Source: Candidatus Falkowbacteria bacterium (lineage in GTDB: Bacteria; Patescibacteriota; Patescibacteriia; XYB2-FULL-38-15). From it: a DNA stretch of 64,000 nucleotides. A model generated the notes under the pieces. It was not told the DNA's origin, did no database searches, and saw only the letters and a program-made list of their open reading frames with translations. Where the stretch lies: contig JACRNW010000016.1 of assembly GCA_016214745.1 (NCBI GenBank), positions 591 through 64,590 of the forward strand, written 5' to 3'. Every line of letters begins with the position of its first letter. Position 1 is the first letter of the stretch. The translations under genes were made by a program, and so were the position numbers. Of this stretch, positions 9,342 to 18,968 are shown piece by piece.

Positions 9342-10091
9342 ATGGAAACCAAACTGGTGGCCTTGACCATCTGTTTCGTGATCGGCGGATGCGGTCTGGA
9401 TACGGGCGGCATGGGCGAGCCGGACGACGGCGCTCTGCCCGACATCGTGGAAGAGGGCGAGCCGGACATCGGCCCGGACGAAGCCGCGACCGACGTTTCC
9501 GAAGCCGACCAAGAAGACGTGGCCGAGGATGCGGGCGAAGACGAAACGGCGGACGAGACCGAGCCCGACGAAGCATCTCCCGACGAGGCAGCCGAGGACG
9601 TCACAGACGTCCCCGACGAGACCGAGCCGGAAGACGCGGACGATGCGGCCGACGAAGCGGGCGATGAAGCAAGCGACGAAGGCGGCGAGACCGAGGACGG
9701 CGAACCCGACCCCTGCGCTCTGCCGGAAATCCCCGCCACGGGAATTTTCGTCTGGTACTGCTTCGACTACGACTTGTCCTCTCCGATGTCTCTCGAGTTC
9801 CAAGCCGAACGGGCCGGAATTCCAGTCGTGAGCTGGCGTGCTGCCCCTGGTTGCTCGACAACTCGCGGGCGGCGGCTTGAATGCACGCTCACGCCGACGG
9901 TGTGGGATGCCACCTACATCTTCAACATTCGGCTCGACCCGGGTGTTGGGATCGGGTGGTCCTGCGGGCCGGAACTTCTGGCCATCTGGGGTACGCCGCA
10001 TGTTTGGCTGGACGGAGTGGAGTTGACCGTCACATCAGTGACGAACGGCGACGGCGGCTGCAACCACAGCTTCCTGACACCCTCGCTGTAG
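9342..10091 (+). CDS. GC-rich predicted lipoprotein with long acidic (D/E) linker and Cys-containing C-terminal domain
   Basis: SD-led; signal peptide ending IGGC; about 100-aa D/E/A/P-rich tract; C-terminal beta-rich domain with several Cys. Confidence 0.8.
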   Translation: METKLVALTICFVIGGCGLDTGGMGEPDDGALPDIVEEGEPDIGPDEAATDVSEADQEDVAEDAGEDETADETEPDEASPDEAAEDVTDVPDETEPEDADDAADEAGDEASDEGGETEDGEPDPCALPEIPATGIFVWYCFDYDLSSPMSLEFQAERAGIPVVSWRAAPGCSTTRGRRLECTLTPTVWDATYIFNIRLDPGVGIGWSCGPELLAIWGTPHVWLDGVELTVTSVTNGDGGCNHSFLTPSL

Positions 10092-10117
10092 CCCAAGGAG
10101 GTCCTTCAGCGAACCAC

Positions 10118-10152
10118 CGGCGGAAAGCCCCTGCTTTCCGCCGTATTTTTTT
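10118..10152 (+). terminator. intrinsic terminator
   Basis: CGGCGGAAAGC-CCCT-GCTTTCCGCCG followed by T-tract. Confidence 0.8.
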
Positions 10153-10559
10153 ACTTAAAAACTGGACAAAACCGGCGAAACGTGATATAATATAATAATG
10201 TAAAAGAAAAATCTGGCTTTTTTACTTTTGTTAGCCGAAATTAAAAGGCAAACAAAGTAAAAAGAGGGGGACCTTTTATCAATCGTTCTTTTTAAAAATG
10301 CCTCGTCTTCCAGACGGGGAAAAATTAAAACAAAAACAAAAAATAAGGAGCCGTTGAGCTCTTTATTTTATTATTCCGCCGAAGGCGGAATGATAAAAAG
10401 ATACGTGAGCGAGCGGTAGCGAGCGAACTCCTCTCAAAAGAGGATTCCAAGGAGGTTACTCCTTTGGTCGGAGGACGGAACATATTTATCACCGCCCGAC
10501 GAAACCTCTTTATTTTGTTATGAGAAAATGTTAAGTTAATATCGTAACTTGCTCAGAGC

Positions 10560-10646
10560 GGAGGAGTGGCCGAGCGGTTGAAGGCGCGGGTCTCGAAAAC
10601 CCGTATACTGGAAACAGTATCGTGAGTTCGAATCTCACCTCCTCCG
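10560..10646 (+). tRNA. tRNA-Ser (anticodon CGA)
   Basis: Acceptor GGAGGAG/CTCCTCC, D-arm TGGCCGAGCGG, anticodon arm CGGGT-CTCGAAA-ACCCG, long variable arm, GTTCGAATC T-loop; CCA not encoded. Confidence 0.95.
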
Positions 10647-10689
10647 CTTTGGGCAGATTAAAAACTAATATCCCATCCATTTCGCCAGT

Positions 10690-11805
10690 ATGAAAATCCA
10701 CTCCTGGCATCTCATTATCGGTTCAATAATTTTATTTTTGTTTGATTTTTTAATTTTAGCCAATAAAACAATTTTCCCGAACCAACAGATGAAAGGAATT
10801 TCCACGGTTATCGCCCTTGCCTGCGCTCTGGTTTTTGTGACAGGAATTATGTGGGCTATATTTGAACCGATTGCCAAAAGAATAAAGTCGCGCCCGGCCG
10901 CCTCCGCCGCTCCCCCGATGATGGCGTCGGAGAAAAGCCGGCTTGCTTTGACCACGCTGGAAATTGTGTTTAATCGGCTTTTTGCGGTTTTGTTGGTTCT
11001 ATCCGCTGTCCCGCTTATTTTGAATCCACTGACCATTCCGACAATCATCATCTTTATAATTTTTGCCCTTTTTCTCTGGTTTAGCAAAAAATACCATCTG
11101 TCTGCCAATATTATTTTTTTAATTTTCGCTTTGGGCATTTATTTTATTCAAATTCCACCCATCGCCTGGGGAATTTTCCGCGGTTTAAAAGAGTTCCGGA
11201 TCGGCGGTTTTGACTTTCATCAATTTACCCTGCTCTTTTGCGTCGCACCACTTATTTTTATTTCTTTTTCAGTTAGAAATATTTTGGGCAATATTTTTGC
11301 TTACTTTAAAACCAACGTTTCGCGTAATGCTTTTTATTTGATTTCTCTATTTATTGTTTTTGTAACGCTCCCGGCTTATCCGTTATTGGACAGTATAAGA
11401 CTGCGCGACCGGACGAGGAACGTGAACACCGCAGTTGGCGGAGATTTGTCTCTCGTTTATACGCAGCAGTCACTTACTTTTATAGATCGTTATAATATGG
11501 CGGGAAATTTCACTTCAAATTTTGATTCCTCTACTAAAAAATACATTTACCATTTACAACTGCTTGAACCACTTAAAAAAGACATTCAATTTACGAAAGT
11601 TGAAACTGACGGAGAAAAAATTAATTTTACAACTGACAGCCGGATAGCATGTTCAAATTGTCAAAAGGATATGAGTGATCCGTACGGCCTAATTTTTCCA
11701 GCCGGTAAAGATATTGATTTTACTATTGTGAACGACTGGCTAATTAAGACCATCAATTTCACTGAGCCAGGAGATAAAGTAGACGAATTTATTTTTTGGA
11801 AATAA
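10690..11805 (+). CDS. hypothetical multi-pass membrane protein with C-terminal extracytoplasmic domain
   Basis: 371-aa ORF, about 7 hydrophobic segments, AT-rich, next to tRNA. Confidence 0.7.
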   Translation: MKIHSWHLIIGSIILFLFDFLILANKTIFPNQQMKGISTVIALACALVFVTGIMWAIFEPIAKRIKSRPAASAAPPMMASEKSRLALTTLEIVFNRLFAVLLVLSAVPLILNPLTIPTIIIFIIFALFLWFSKKYHLSANIIFLIFALGIYFIQIPPIAWGIFRGLKEFRIGGFDFHQFTLLFCVAPLIFISFSVRNILGNIFAYFKTNVSRNAFYLISLFIVFVTLPAYPLLDSIRLRDRTRNVNTAVGGDLSLVYTQQSLTFIDRYNMAGNFTSNFDSSTKKYIYHLQLLEPLKKDIQFTKVETDGEKINFTTDSRIACSNCQKDMSDPYGLIFPAGKDIDFTIVNDWLIKTINFTEPGDKVDEFIFWK

Positions 11806-11815
11806 ATTTTCTAAT

Positions 11816-12151
11816 ATGAAATTTCTGTTGTCAATAAATTATATTGTTTGGCTGATAATCTCCGCTCTGTTTTTCGCGGTTGGAGATTTTTTATCAAAAA
11901 AATTTGCCCTGAACCCGAAAATAATCTACGTGGTTTTTGTTCTTCTGGCTTATTCTCTATGTTCTCTTACGTGGCTACCGGCAATCCTGCAAAAAAATCA
12001 GTTATCAATTGTCGGAACTATCTGGTCTGTCATGACTCTTATAGTCACAATCGCCATCGGAGTTATAATTTTTAATGAGGAATTGAGCGCTGTCGGCGTC
12101 ATCGGTATAATTGTGGCTTTTATTTCTATAATTCTATTATCGCTCGCGTAA
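11816..12151 (+). CDS. SMR/DMT-superfamily small membrane transporter
   Basis: 111 aa, 4 TM, 'GTIWS...IGVIIFNE.LS...IGI' pattern. Confidence 0.7.
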   Translation: MKFLLSINYIVWLIISALFFAVGDFLSKKFALNPKIIYVVFVLLAYSLCSLTWLPAILQKNQLSIVGTIWSVMTLIVTIAIGVIIFNEELSAVGVIGIIVAFISIILLSLA

Positions 12152-12377
12152 AGACTAAACAGTTGACAAAATCATTTTTCTATATTATAATTCAAGATTG
12201 AAGAAATTAATTTTCTGCTTTCCGGCGGATTTTTTGTTTAAGTACTTTGAGTTACAAAATATCAATTTCCGCGTTCTTCTTCGTTGTCTTCTGCGTACTT
12301 CTGCGGGACGCCCCGCCGAAAGACGCCGGTTGATATCGCCGAAAAACGCTGAATAAAAAATATAAGTCAAGGTAAAT

Positions 12378-14189
12378 ATGAATAACATAAGAAACGTTGC
12401 TATTATTGCGCACGTTGACCACGGAAAAACAACCCTGGTTGACGCGCTGCTCCATCAGTCGTCCACCAATGTCGGTAAAGATAATATCGGCAGGATTTGT
12501 ATTATGGATTCAAACGAATTGGAGCGTGAACGCGGCATCACTATTTTTTCCAAAAACGCGTCGGTGCAATGGAATGATACAAAAATAAATATTATTGATA
12601 CTCCCGGCCACGCTGATTTTGGCGGCGAAGTGGAACGAGTTTTGAATATGGCCGACGGCTGCCTCCTGCTCGTTGACGCTAAAGAAGGGCCGATGCCGCA
12701 AACAAGATTCGTTTTAAAAAAAGCCCTGGAGCTTGGCCACAAAATTATTGTCGTCATTAATAAAATTGACAAACCGCATGCCCGGCCGGATTTTGCTTTG
12801 GACAAAACCTTTGACCTCTTTGTTGAACTCGGCGCCTCGGATGAGGCTTTGGATTTTCCGGTGATTTACGCTTCGGCAAAACTTGGTTTGGCCGACGAAG
12901 AGCCAGATCTTTCCAAAATGAAAGATATTACTCCAATCTTTGAAACAATCTTAAGATATATACCGTCTCCGCAGGGCGATTCAAACGCACCGCTCCAAAT
13001 GCTTGTCGCCAATATTTCTGGTGACACTTTTAAAGGAAGAATCGGCATCGGTCGAGTTTATAACGGCACACTAAAAGTTGGCCAAGAAATCGCACATATC
13101 AATCGCCTGGGGCAGATGGCAAAATATCGGCTGGTTTCACTTATGACTTTTTGCGGATTGGAAAGAGTGGAGGCGAAAGAAGTCGCGGCCGGCGATATCG
13201 CGGCAATTTCGGGCGTGCCGAACCTCACTATCGGCGAAACAATCGCTGACGCAGAAAATCCTAAAGCTTTGCCGGTTTTGAATATTGAAGAGCCGACCGT
13301 TAAAATGACTTTCACTATTAATGATTCTCCTTTTGCCGGGAAAGAAGGACAATTTACCACTTCGCGCCAAATCCAAGAACGTCTGCAAAAAGAACTGGAA
13401 AACGACATGGCCTTGAAAGTTACGGATGCGGAAGGCGGCGGCTGGATTGTTTCCGGACGCGGCGAATTGCATCTATCAATTTTGATTGAAAGAATGCGCC
13501 GCGAAGGTTTTGAGCTTCAAGTTTCCCGGCCGAAAGTTATTGAAAAAGAAATTGACGGAAAAAGAATGACGCCTTACGAACGCGTCTTTGTTGAAGTGCC
13601 TGAAGCGCACTCCGGAATTGTTATCCAAAAACTTGGCAGCCGCAAAGGCGAATTGAAAGACATGAAAACCGTTGACGGAATAACTTACTTGGAATTTTTA
13701 ATTCCGACCCGCGGTCTTTTTGGTTATCGCAGTGAATTTTTAACTGACACGCGCGGACTTGGCATTATAAATACAAATTTTGCCGAATATCTTCCTGATC
13801 CGGGCAATTGGCGCGAACGCGAACAAGGCTCACTTGTGGCACATGAAACAGGAACAACCAATCTTTATGGCATGATAAATGTTCAAGACCGCGGTGTTTT
13901 CTTTATCGGTCCGGCGATAAAAGTTTATGAGGGACAAGTTGTCGGACAAAACGCCCGCAGCGGCGATATCCGCGTGAACGTTTGTAAGGCCAAGGAACTT
14001 TCTAACATGCGCTCCAAGGGCGACGGTTCAGCTGAACACTTTAACGCGCCGAAAACCATGGACCTTGAAGACGCGCTGGAATACATCGGTGATGACGAAC
14101 TGGTTGAAGTCACGCCGGAAAACGTTCGTATCAGAAAAATTTATCTTGACGAAATCACGGCGAAAAGAATGGCCAGGGCAAACCGATAA
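12378..14189 (+). CDS. typA: translational GTPase TypA/BipA
   Basis: IAHVDHGKTTLVD, DTPGHADFGGEVER, GRGELHL, LEYIGDDELVEVTP; upstream promoter TTGACA near 12163. Confidence 0.96.
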   Translation: MNNIRNVAIIAHVDHGKTTLVDALLHQSSTNVGKDNIGRICIMDSNELERERGITIFSKNASVQWNDTKINIIDTPGHADFGGEVERVLNMADGCLLLVDAKEGPMPQTRFVLKKALELGHKIIVVINKIDKPHARPDFALDKTFDLFVELGASDEALDFPVIYASAKLGLADEEPDLSKMKDITPIFETILRYIPSPQGDSNAPLQMLVANISGDTFKGRIGIGRVYNGTLKVGQEIAHINRLGQMAKYRLVSLMTFCGLERVEAKEVAAGDIAAISGVPNLTIGETIADAENPKALPVLNIEEPTVKMTFTINDSPFAGKEGQFTTSRQIQERLQKELENDMALKVTDAEGGGWIVSGRGELHLSILIERMRREGFELQVSRPKVIEKEIDGKRMTPYERVFVEVPEAHSGIVIQKLGSRKGELKDMKTVDGITYLEFLIPTRGLFGYRSEFLTDTRGLGIINTNFAEYLPDPGNWREREQGSLVAHETGTTNLYGMINVQDRGVFFIGPAIKVYEGQVVGQNARSGDIRVNVCKAKELSNMRSKGDGSAEHFNAPKTMDLEDALEYIGDDELVEVTPENVRIRKIYLDEITAKRMARANR

Positions 14190-14204
14190 TAACTTTCAAA
14201 AACA

Positions 14205-14235
14205 AAACTCCGCGGCAAAAGTCGCGGAGTTTTTT
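14205..14235. terminator. bidirectional intrinsic terminator
   Basis: AAAACTCCGCG-loop-CGCGGAGTTTTT. Confidence 0.8.
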
Positions 14236-14248
14236 AATTTTTTGTTTT

Positions 14249-14611
14249 TTAGAACTTGAACATGTCGGCGAATTTTCCAACCAAAGGAACTGGCTCCTGT
14301 TTGCCGCCCGCGGCGTTCACAATGCCCAAAATCACAAGCACAAAGAGACCGAGCTGCAATAATCTGATAATCCAATAAAAACTAAACCACCAATACCACG
14401 GAATCAGCATACCAATAATCCAAATAATCACGCCAAGGCAAAAAAGTACCAAGCCCTGTTTTACGTGATATTTTACAAACGGATCTTTGTGCGCGCCAGT
14501 TAAAAGCGGGATGAAAAACAAGATGTAGGCGATAATCGCCATGCCCGTGTTTTTTTCTCCGCCCGCCGGGTTTGGTGCTCCAGCCGGTGTCTGCGGTTTT
14601 TGTTCGTCCAT
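14249..14611 (-). CDS. DUF4870-like small membrane protein
   Basis: AIIAYILFFIPL, FVKYHVKQGLVL, GIVNA..G...PVPLVG. Confidence 0.75.
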   Translation of the reverse strand: MDEQKPQTPAGAPNPAGGEKNTGMAIIAYILFFIPLLTGAHKDPFVKYHVKQGLVLFCLGVIIWIIGMLIPWYWWFSFYWIIRLLQLGLFVLVILGIVNAAGGKQEPVPLVGKFADMFKF

Positions 14612-14641
14612 AATTTTTAAATTAATTCGAAAAATTTAATT

Positions 14642-15274
14642 CTATTGTACGGCTCCTTCTCCAGTGGCCTCCACGGTAAAAATAACAACCACAATTTCCT
14701 GCCCGCCGGATTCATAGGTCACGGTGTATTGCGAGTTGCCTTTACTTAACATCAAAGATGCCTCGCTCCCGCTGACTCCGCTTGTAATAACAGTAAACCC
14801 GCGAGATGTGAACGCCGAACTTAATTTATTAAGATCGCTGGCCGTAGCGCCTCTCTTAATCGTAAATTGAACCATGCCCGAATCTTCACCCATTCCAAGA
14901 TAATTATTTAAGTAACTTGATAATTTAATGTCTCCAAAAACTTCACTAATAATCGGTCCGATGTCGTTTTTTGCCTTTGTAACAAAAGGGATATCGGCCT
15001 GAAGTTCTTCGGTCGCGTTAAATTTTTCTTCCGGCGTCTGTTCTCTCTCTTCTCCGCCTCCGGTAACTCCCGCTCCCGCGCCACCTAATCCTTGAAGTTG
15101 TTTGGCATAATCCTCTGCCTCTTTACCGGATAATCCTCCGAGCGTAGCCCAACCTCTTAATAATTGTTCGGCTGCCCGCTCCGCTTGCCAGCGTTGCCAC
15201 ATCCAGTATCCGCCGGCCAAAACCGCCACGGCCAAAACGACGATGACTGGGATAAGAGCCTTGTTTTTATTCAT
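14642..15274 (-). CDS. hypothetical protein with N-terminal membrane anchor
   Basis: 210-aa ORF with a single N-terminal TM. Confidence 0.7.
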   Translation of the reverse strand: MNKNKALIPVIVVLAVAVLAGGYWMWQRWQAERAAEQLLRGWATLGGLSGKEAEDYAKQLQGLGGAGAGVTGGGEEREQTPEEKFNATEELQADIPFVTKAKNDIGPIISEVFGDIKLSSYLNNYLGMGEDSGMVQFTIKRGATASDLNKLSSAFTSRGFTVITSGVSGSEASLMLSKGNSQYTVTYESGGQEIVVVIFTVEATGEGAVQ

Positions 15275-15448
15275 AATTTTTCAATTTTACCTCGAAACAA
15301 AATCCGAGGTGTGTTAATAAGTTTTCTTTGTTTAATTATATCAAAATATAAAAGAAAAAACCATCAACCCGCATTCTCTTGACTACTATTCTGTGCTATA
15401 ATGGATTTAAGTTAATTGTTAACTGTCAACCGTTAATTGTCACAATTT

Positions 15449-16321
15449 ATGACTCAAAAAATTCGCAAAGTTATCATCCCGGTGGCCGGTTACGGCACAA
15501 GATTTCTCCCGGCAACCAAAGCTCAGCCAAAAGAAATGCTGCCGATCGTTGATAAACCGGTCATTCAATATATTGTTGAAGAAGCCGTCGCTTCGGGCAT
15601 TACTGACGTAATCTTGGTAACCGGCGCTTCCAAACGCGCCGTGGAAGATCATTTTGATTACAATTTTGAATTGCAAAATTGGCTTAAAAAACAAGGCAAG
15701 GAAGAAATCCGCCAGGAATTAAAAAATATCGCTGACATGGCGAATTTTATTTATATCAGACAAAAAGGCCCGTACGGCAACGCCACGCCGGTTATGAATT
15801 GTCAGCAAGTCGTCGGCAATGAACCGTTTGCCGTTCTCTCGGGTGATGATTTGATTGTAAATGGAACAAAACCGCGCTTGAAACAATTAATTGAGGCTTA
15901 TGAAAAATATGGTGATCCGGTGATTACGGCCATTAAAGTCACCAAAGAAGAAACTAGAAAATACGGCATGCTTGATGCGCAAAAAATAGAAAAAAATATT
16001 TATCAGGTCAAAAAAATCGTGGAAAAGCCCGGGCCGGAAAAAGCGCCCTCGCTTCTTGCCACGCTTTACGGCTATGTTCTAACACCGGACATTTTTGATG
16101 AACTGGAGAAATTAAAACCCGGCGCCGGCGGAGAATTATGGCTGCCGGAAGCCATCGCCGAACTTCTTAAAAAACGTCCCATTTACGCTTCCGAAGTTGA
16201 CGGCACTTATTATGATGCTGGATCAAAAATCGGTTGGCTCAAGGCCAATGTTGACCTCGCCCTGCAACGACCAGATCTAAAGCCAAGTTTTTCCAAATAT
16301 TTGAAAAAATTAAAAATATAA
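15449..16321 (+). CDS. galU: UTP-glucose-1-phosphate uridylyltransferase
   Basis: IPVAGYGTRFLPATKAQPKEMLPIVDKP, VEKP, GAGGELWL. Confidence 0.93.
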   Translation: MTQKIRKVIIPVAGYGTRFLPATKAQPKEMLPIVDKPVIQYIVEEAVASGITDVILVTGASKRAVEDHFDYNFELQNWLKKQGKEEIRQELKNIADMANFIYIRQKGPYGNATPVMNCQQVVGNEPFAVLSGDDLIVNGTKPRLKQLIEAYEKYGDPVITAIKVTKEETRKYGMLDAQKIEKNIYQVKKIVEKPGPEKAPSLLATLYGYVLTPDIFDELEKLKPGAGGELWLPEAIAELLKKRPIYASEVDGTYYDAGSKIGWLKANVDLALQRPDLKPSFSKYLKKLKI

Positions 16322-16323
16322 AT

Positions 16324-16432
16324 CTACAAATTACAAATTTAGTACAAATGTACAAATTTTGATAAATATTTATTAACAGATAAAACCGCTTAGTGATTAT
16401 TTGTATATTTGTAAATGATTTGTAATTCGTAG
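16324..16432. repeat. TACAAAT-heptamer palindromic element, copy 1
   Basis: Inverted arms of TACAAAT/ATTTGTA repeats; arms nearly identical to the reverse complement of 51650-51757. Confidence 0.8.
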
Positions 16433-16438
16433 TAATTT

Positions 16439-17833
16439 ATGAACAAAAAAACTTTAGCTGTTTTTCTTCTTCTCGCTTTCATTATTACCGCTGGTCCAAT
16501 CTGTAAAGGCACGCCGGTGGCGGTTCAAGAAGCGATGAAGCCCGTCAGCCTCACTTATTGGCGAGTTTTTGACGATCAAGATGCTTTTGATGAAATCATC
16601 GCTGCCTACAAAGCAATCCACCCGAATGTTTCCGTCACTTATCGCAAACTTCGCATGGAAGAATATGAAGAAACTCTTCTAAACGCTTTGGCTGAAGATC
16701 GCGGACCAGATTTATTTTCCGTTCCCAATACTTGGGTTCGCGAATATCAGACAAAAATTCTGCCAATGCCAAAATCTATCACTCTGCCTTACCAGGTAAC
16801 AACGGGCACAATCAAAAAAGAAACAACAGTTGAACTTCGAACAACCGCGACTCTTTCTCTCCGGGCCCTCCGGACTGATTTTATGGATCAAGTGGCAAAA
16901 GATGTTGTATTAAAATACCAAGCCAATCCGGAACAGCCGGCCGAAGATAGAATTTATGGTTTGCCGCTTTATCTTGATACCTTGGCGCTTTTTTACAATC
17001 GCGATACTTTAAACGCCGCGGGCATTCCCGAACCGCCCCGGAGCTGGACCGAATTTCAAGAAGACGTAAAAAAAATTGCTAAAATTGACAAACAAGGAAA
17101 TATTTTACAATCCGGTGCGGCGATTGGCACGGGCACAAACGTTGAACGAGCCCCGGACATTCTTTCACTTTTAATGATGCAAAACGGCACGGCCATGACC
17201 GATGAGGCCGGCAATGCCACTTTCGCCAACATGCCCCCCGGCTCTACTCTTACAAATCCTCCCGGCGAAGACGCTTTAGGTTTCTACACCGACTTTGCTT
17301 CGCCTTACAAAGAAGTCTACACCTGGAACGGCAACATGCCAGATTCACTTGAAGCTTTTAGCACGGGGCGAGCGGCTTTTTTCTTCGGCTATTCTTACCA
17401 CATTCCTCAAATTAAAAATCTCGCGCCCAAATTAAATTTTGCCATTGCTAAAATTCCGCAAATTGAGGGCAACCAGGAAATAAATTTTACCAATTATTGG
17501 GTGGAAACGGTTTCTGAAAAAACAAAAAATCAAAATGAGGCCTGGGATTTTCTCCAGTTCGCCGCCAAAGCGGAAAACGCTGAAAAATATTTAGCAAAAA
17601 CCAAAAAACCGACCGCTCTTCGTTCGCTTGTGGCAAGCCAAGCGGAAGATCTTGATCTTGCCGTCTTTGCTTCAGAACTTTTAACGGCCAAATCCTGGTA
17701 TCAGGGCATGGACGCGCCGGCCATGGAAAAAATCTTTAACGAGATGATTGAAAATGTGGTAGCCGGCACGCAAACCCTGAAAGAAGCGATTGGTTTAGCC
17801 CAAGGAAGAGTTAACCAGACTATTCGGCAATAA
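16439..17833 (+). CDS. extracellular solute-binding protein (family 1, sugar-binding type)
   Basis: Signal/lipo-anchor; GPDLF, YGLPLYLDTLALFYNRD, PPRSWTEF, AWDFLQF. Confidence 0.85.
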   Translation: MNKKTLAVFLLLAFIITAGPICKGTPVAVQEAMKPVSLTYWRVFDDQDAFDEIIAAYKAIHPNVSVTYRKLRMEEYEETLLNALAEDRGPDLFSVPNTWVREYQTKILPMPKSITLPYQVTTGTIKKETTVELRTTATLSLRALRTDFMDQVAKDVVLKYQANPEQPAEDRIYGLPLYLDTLALFYNRDTLNAAGIPEPPRSWTEFQEDVKKIAKIDKQGNILQSGAAIGTGTNVERAPDILSLLMMQNGTAMTDEAGNATFANMPPGSTLTNPPGEDALGFYTDFASPYKEVYTWNGNMPDSLEAFSTGRAAFFFGYSYHIPQIKNLAPKLNFAIAKIPQIEGNQEINFTNYWVETVSEKTKNQNEAWDFLQFAAKAENAEKYLAKTKKPTALRSLVASQAEDLDLAVFASELLTAKSWYQGMDAPAMEKIFNEMIENVVAGTQTLKEAIGLAQGRVNQTIRQ

Positions 17834-17875
17834 AGTTATTAGATATTGGAGATTAGATATTAGAAATTATAAAAT

Positions 17876-18328
17876 ATGTTTTTAAAACACAAAAAATTGA
17901 TTTTAATTATCGTCGTGGGTCTTGGGTTAGCCGTTGCTCTGCCGACTCTCGCTTCCTGGCCGGCCACGCCGCTCCTCCCTCCCTGCACTTCAAGCGGCGA
18001 TTGTGGTTTTAATGATTTTATTTTGCTCGGCATCAATTTAACTAAAATGATTTTGGGCCTGGTCGGGTCGCTTACTCTGCTTTTCTTTATTTACGGCGGC
18101 GTAATGTTTTTGCTCGCCGGCGGAAAATCGGAAATGATTGATAAAGGGAAAAAAATTATTACGAACGCCGTGATCGGCGTAGCCATAGTGCTCGGCGCCT
18201 GGATAATCGTGAACTTTGCCATTGCGGCTTTGACCGGCACGCCGGTTAGCAATGTTAAAATTTTTGGTACGGAAGATTGGTGGAAAACTCCCGGAGAGGA
18301 AACAACTAATACCAATAGCGGAACTTAA
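17876..18328 (+). CDS. CPR pilin-like protein (TrbC/VirB2-like) 1
   Basis: Signal peptide; FIYGG.MFL..GG..E.I.KGKKIITNAVIG two-TM motif. Confidence 0.8.
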   Translation: MFLKHKKLILIIVVGLGLAVALPTLASWPATPLLPPCTSSGDCGFNDFILLGINLTKMILGLVGSLTLLFFIYGGVMFLLAGGKSEMIDKGKKIITNAVIGVAIVLGAWIIVNFAIAALTGTPVSNVKIFGTEDWWKTPGEETTNTNSGT

Positions 18329-18338
18329 AAAAATAAAT

Positions 18339-18965
18339 ATGAAACTCTCTAAATTCTTATTCTTTGTCATAATATTTTTTTCCGCCTTTGCGCTTTTGAC
18401 GCCGAGTGCGCTAGCAGTGCGAACCTGCACTTCTAGCACTGGCTGCGCGCCCGGTGAAAACTGTTCTGAAATTTATGGTGGAGATCAATGCGTTAATACT
18501 TCAACTGAAACAATCTACTATATAACCGGCCGCTGCAGCGGTGGAGTCGGCTCCATCGCTTGCCCTGCTGGTTTCACCTGCCAATCAATTACCCGAGGCA
18601 GATATTGTATTACAAACGAAGCGGGAATGGCCGCAACTTCATGCCCCGAGGGACAAGAACTAGTGAACGGGAGTTGCCAAATCAAAAGTGCTGCTACCAC
18701 CAGTCCGGTTGAATTCACCTCGCCCCTCGGCATGGTTTCACCCACTCAAATTCTTGGTCGGGTTATTAAAGCTGTTCTCGGTATTCTCGGCGCCATTGCC
18801 CTTTTTATGTTTGTTTGGGGCGGCCAAGGATGGATGATGTCGGGTGGCAATCCAGAAAAAATAAAAGCCGCGCGCGCGACTCTTATTTGGGCCGTCATCG
18901 GCATGGTCGTAATATTTTTAAGTTACGCCGCGGTTGATTTTATTCTCTCAGCTTTTGGAGCTTAG
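18339..18965 (+). CDS. CPR pilin-like protein 2 with Cys-rich N-terminal domain
   Basis: Likely start MKLSK at 18339; about 10 Cys; C-terminal FVWGG..WMMSGGNPEKIKAAR..LIWAVIG. Confidence 0.8.
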   Translation: MKLSKFLFFVIIFFSAFALLTPSALAVRTCTSSTGCAPGENCSEIYGGDQCVNTSTETIYYITGRCSGGVGSIACPAGFTCQSITRGRYCITNEAGMAATSCPEGQELVNGSCQIKSAATTSPVEFTSPLGMVSPTQILGRVIKAVLGILGAIALFMFVWGGQGWMMSGGNPEKIKAARATLIWAVIGMVVIFLSYAAVDFILSAFGA

Positions 18966-18968
18966 AAC

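Noticed and set aside
10646-12151. Possible tRNA-Ser-integrated island
   Set aside because: AT-rich genes follow the tRNA, but no integrase or duplicated tRNA 3' end was found
16324-16432. Possible CRISPR array (repeat-spacer-repeat look)
   Set aside because: Arms are inverted, there is a single spacer per locus, and no cas genes are in the window
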